Assembly (NCBI GenBank): GCA_037574385.1
Contig: GCA_037574385.1_4529.1
Direction: 5' to 3' (one strand)
Source of the DNA: a phage
DNA length: 64,000 nucleotides
The notes under the pieces were generated by a model. It worked only from the letters and a program-made list of their open reading frames with translations, was not told the DNA's origin and searched no databases. Positions within the stretch are counted from its first letter, which is position 1; the number at the start of each line of letters is the position of its first letter. Shown here in pieces: positions 63,931 to 64,000 of the stretch. The translations under genes were made by a program, and so were the position numbers.

Positions 63931-64000
63931 TTTAGGGGTTTATTTACGGAATGAAAGGAATGCTGGTGCTCGGAATGGAGTATCATCTTTAGAGTATTTA

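Overview
Composite window. Positions 1-~1925 are enterobacterial (E. coli-like) chromosome: a REP repeat, a LysR-family regulator (yfiE-like), the LysE/RhtB exporter eamB, and the 3' half of grcA. At ~1925 the sequence switches, in frame and inside grcA, to AT-rich DNA of a T4-like (Tevenvirinae) virulent phage that fills the rest of the window. The phage part reads as (i) a minus-strand early/hyperplastic region (2.1-19.7 kb) with denV, lysozyme e, nudE, a two-gene tRNA cluster, ipI, 57B, 57A, genes 1, 3, 2, 4, many small unknown ORFs and repeated T4-type early promoters, and (ii) the syntenic late structural block 53-5-5.1-5.4-6-7-8-9-10-11-12-wac-13-14-15-16-17-18-19-20-67-68-21-22-23-24, then rnlB, hoc, inh, uvsW, uvsY, 25-26-51-27-28-29-48-54. 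The best candidates for new biology are: six proteins carrying the T4 capsid-targeting sequence (T4 has three), a tandem triplet of small paralogs with a shared C-terminal WV(S/A)SSxxC motif, several unknown ORFs each behind its own early-promoter cassette (including one at the T4 segD position between genes 23 and 24), and the host/phage junction inside grcA. All identifications are from reading the sequence and recalled T4 protein sequences and gene order; no searches were run. Coordinates of non-CDS features are +/-2 nt; at least one place (near 4800) showed a 1-nt disagreement between my reading of the printed sequence and the ORF track, so CDS coordinates follow the ORF track.
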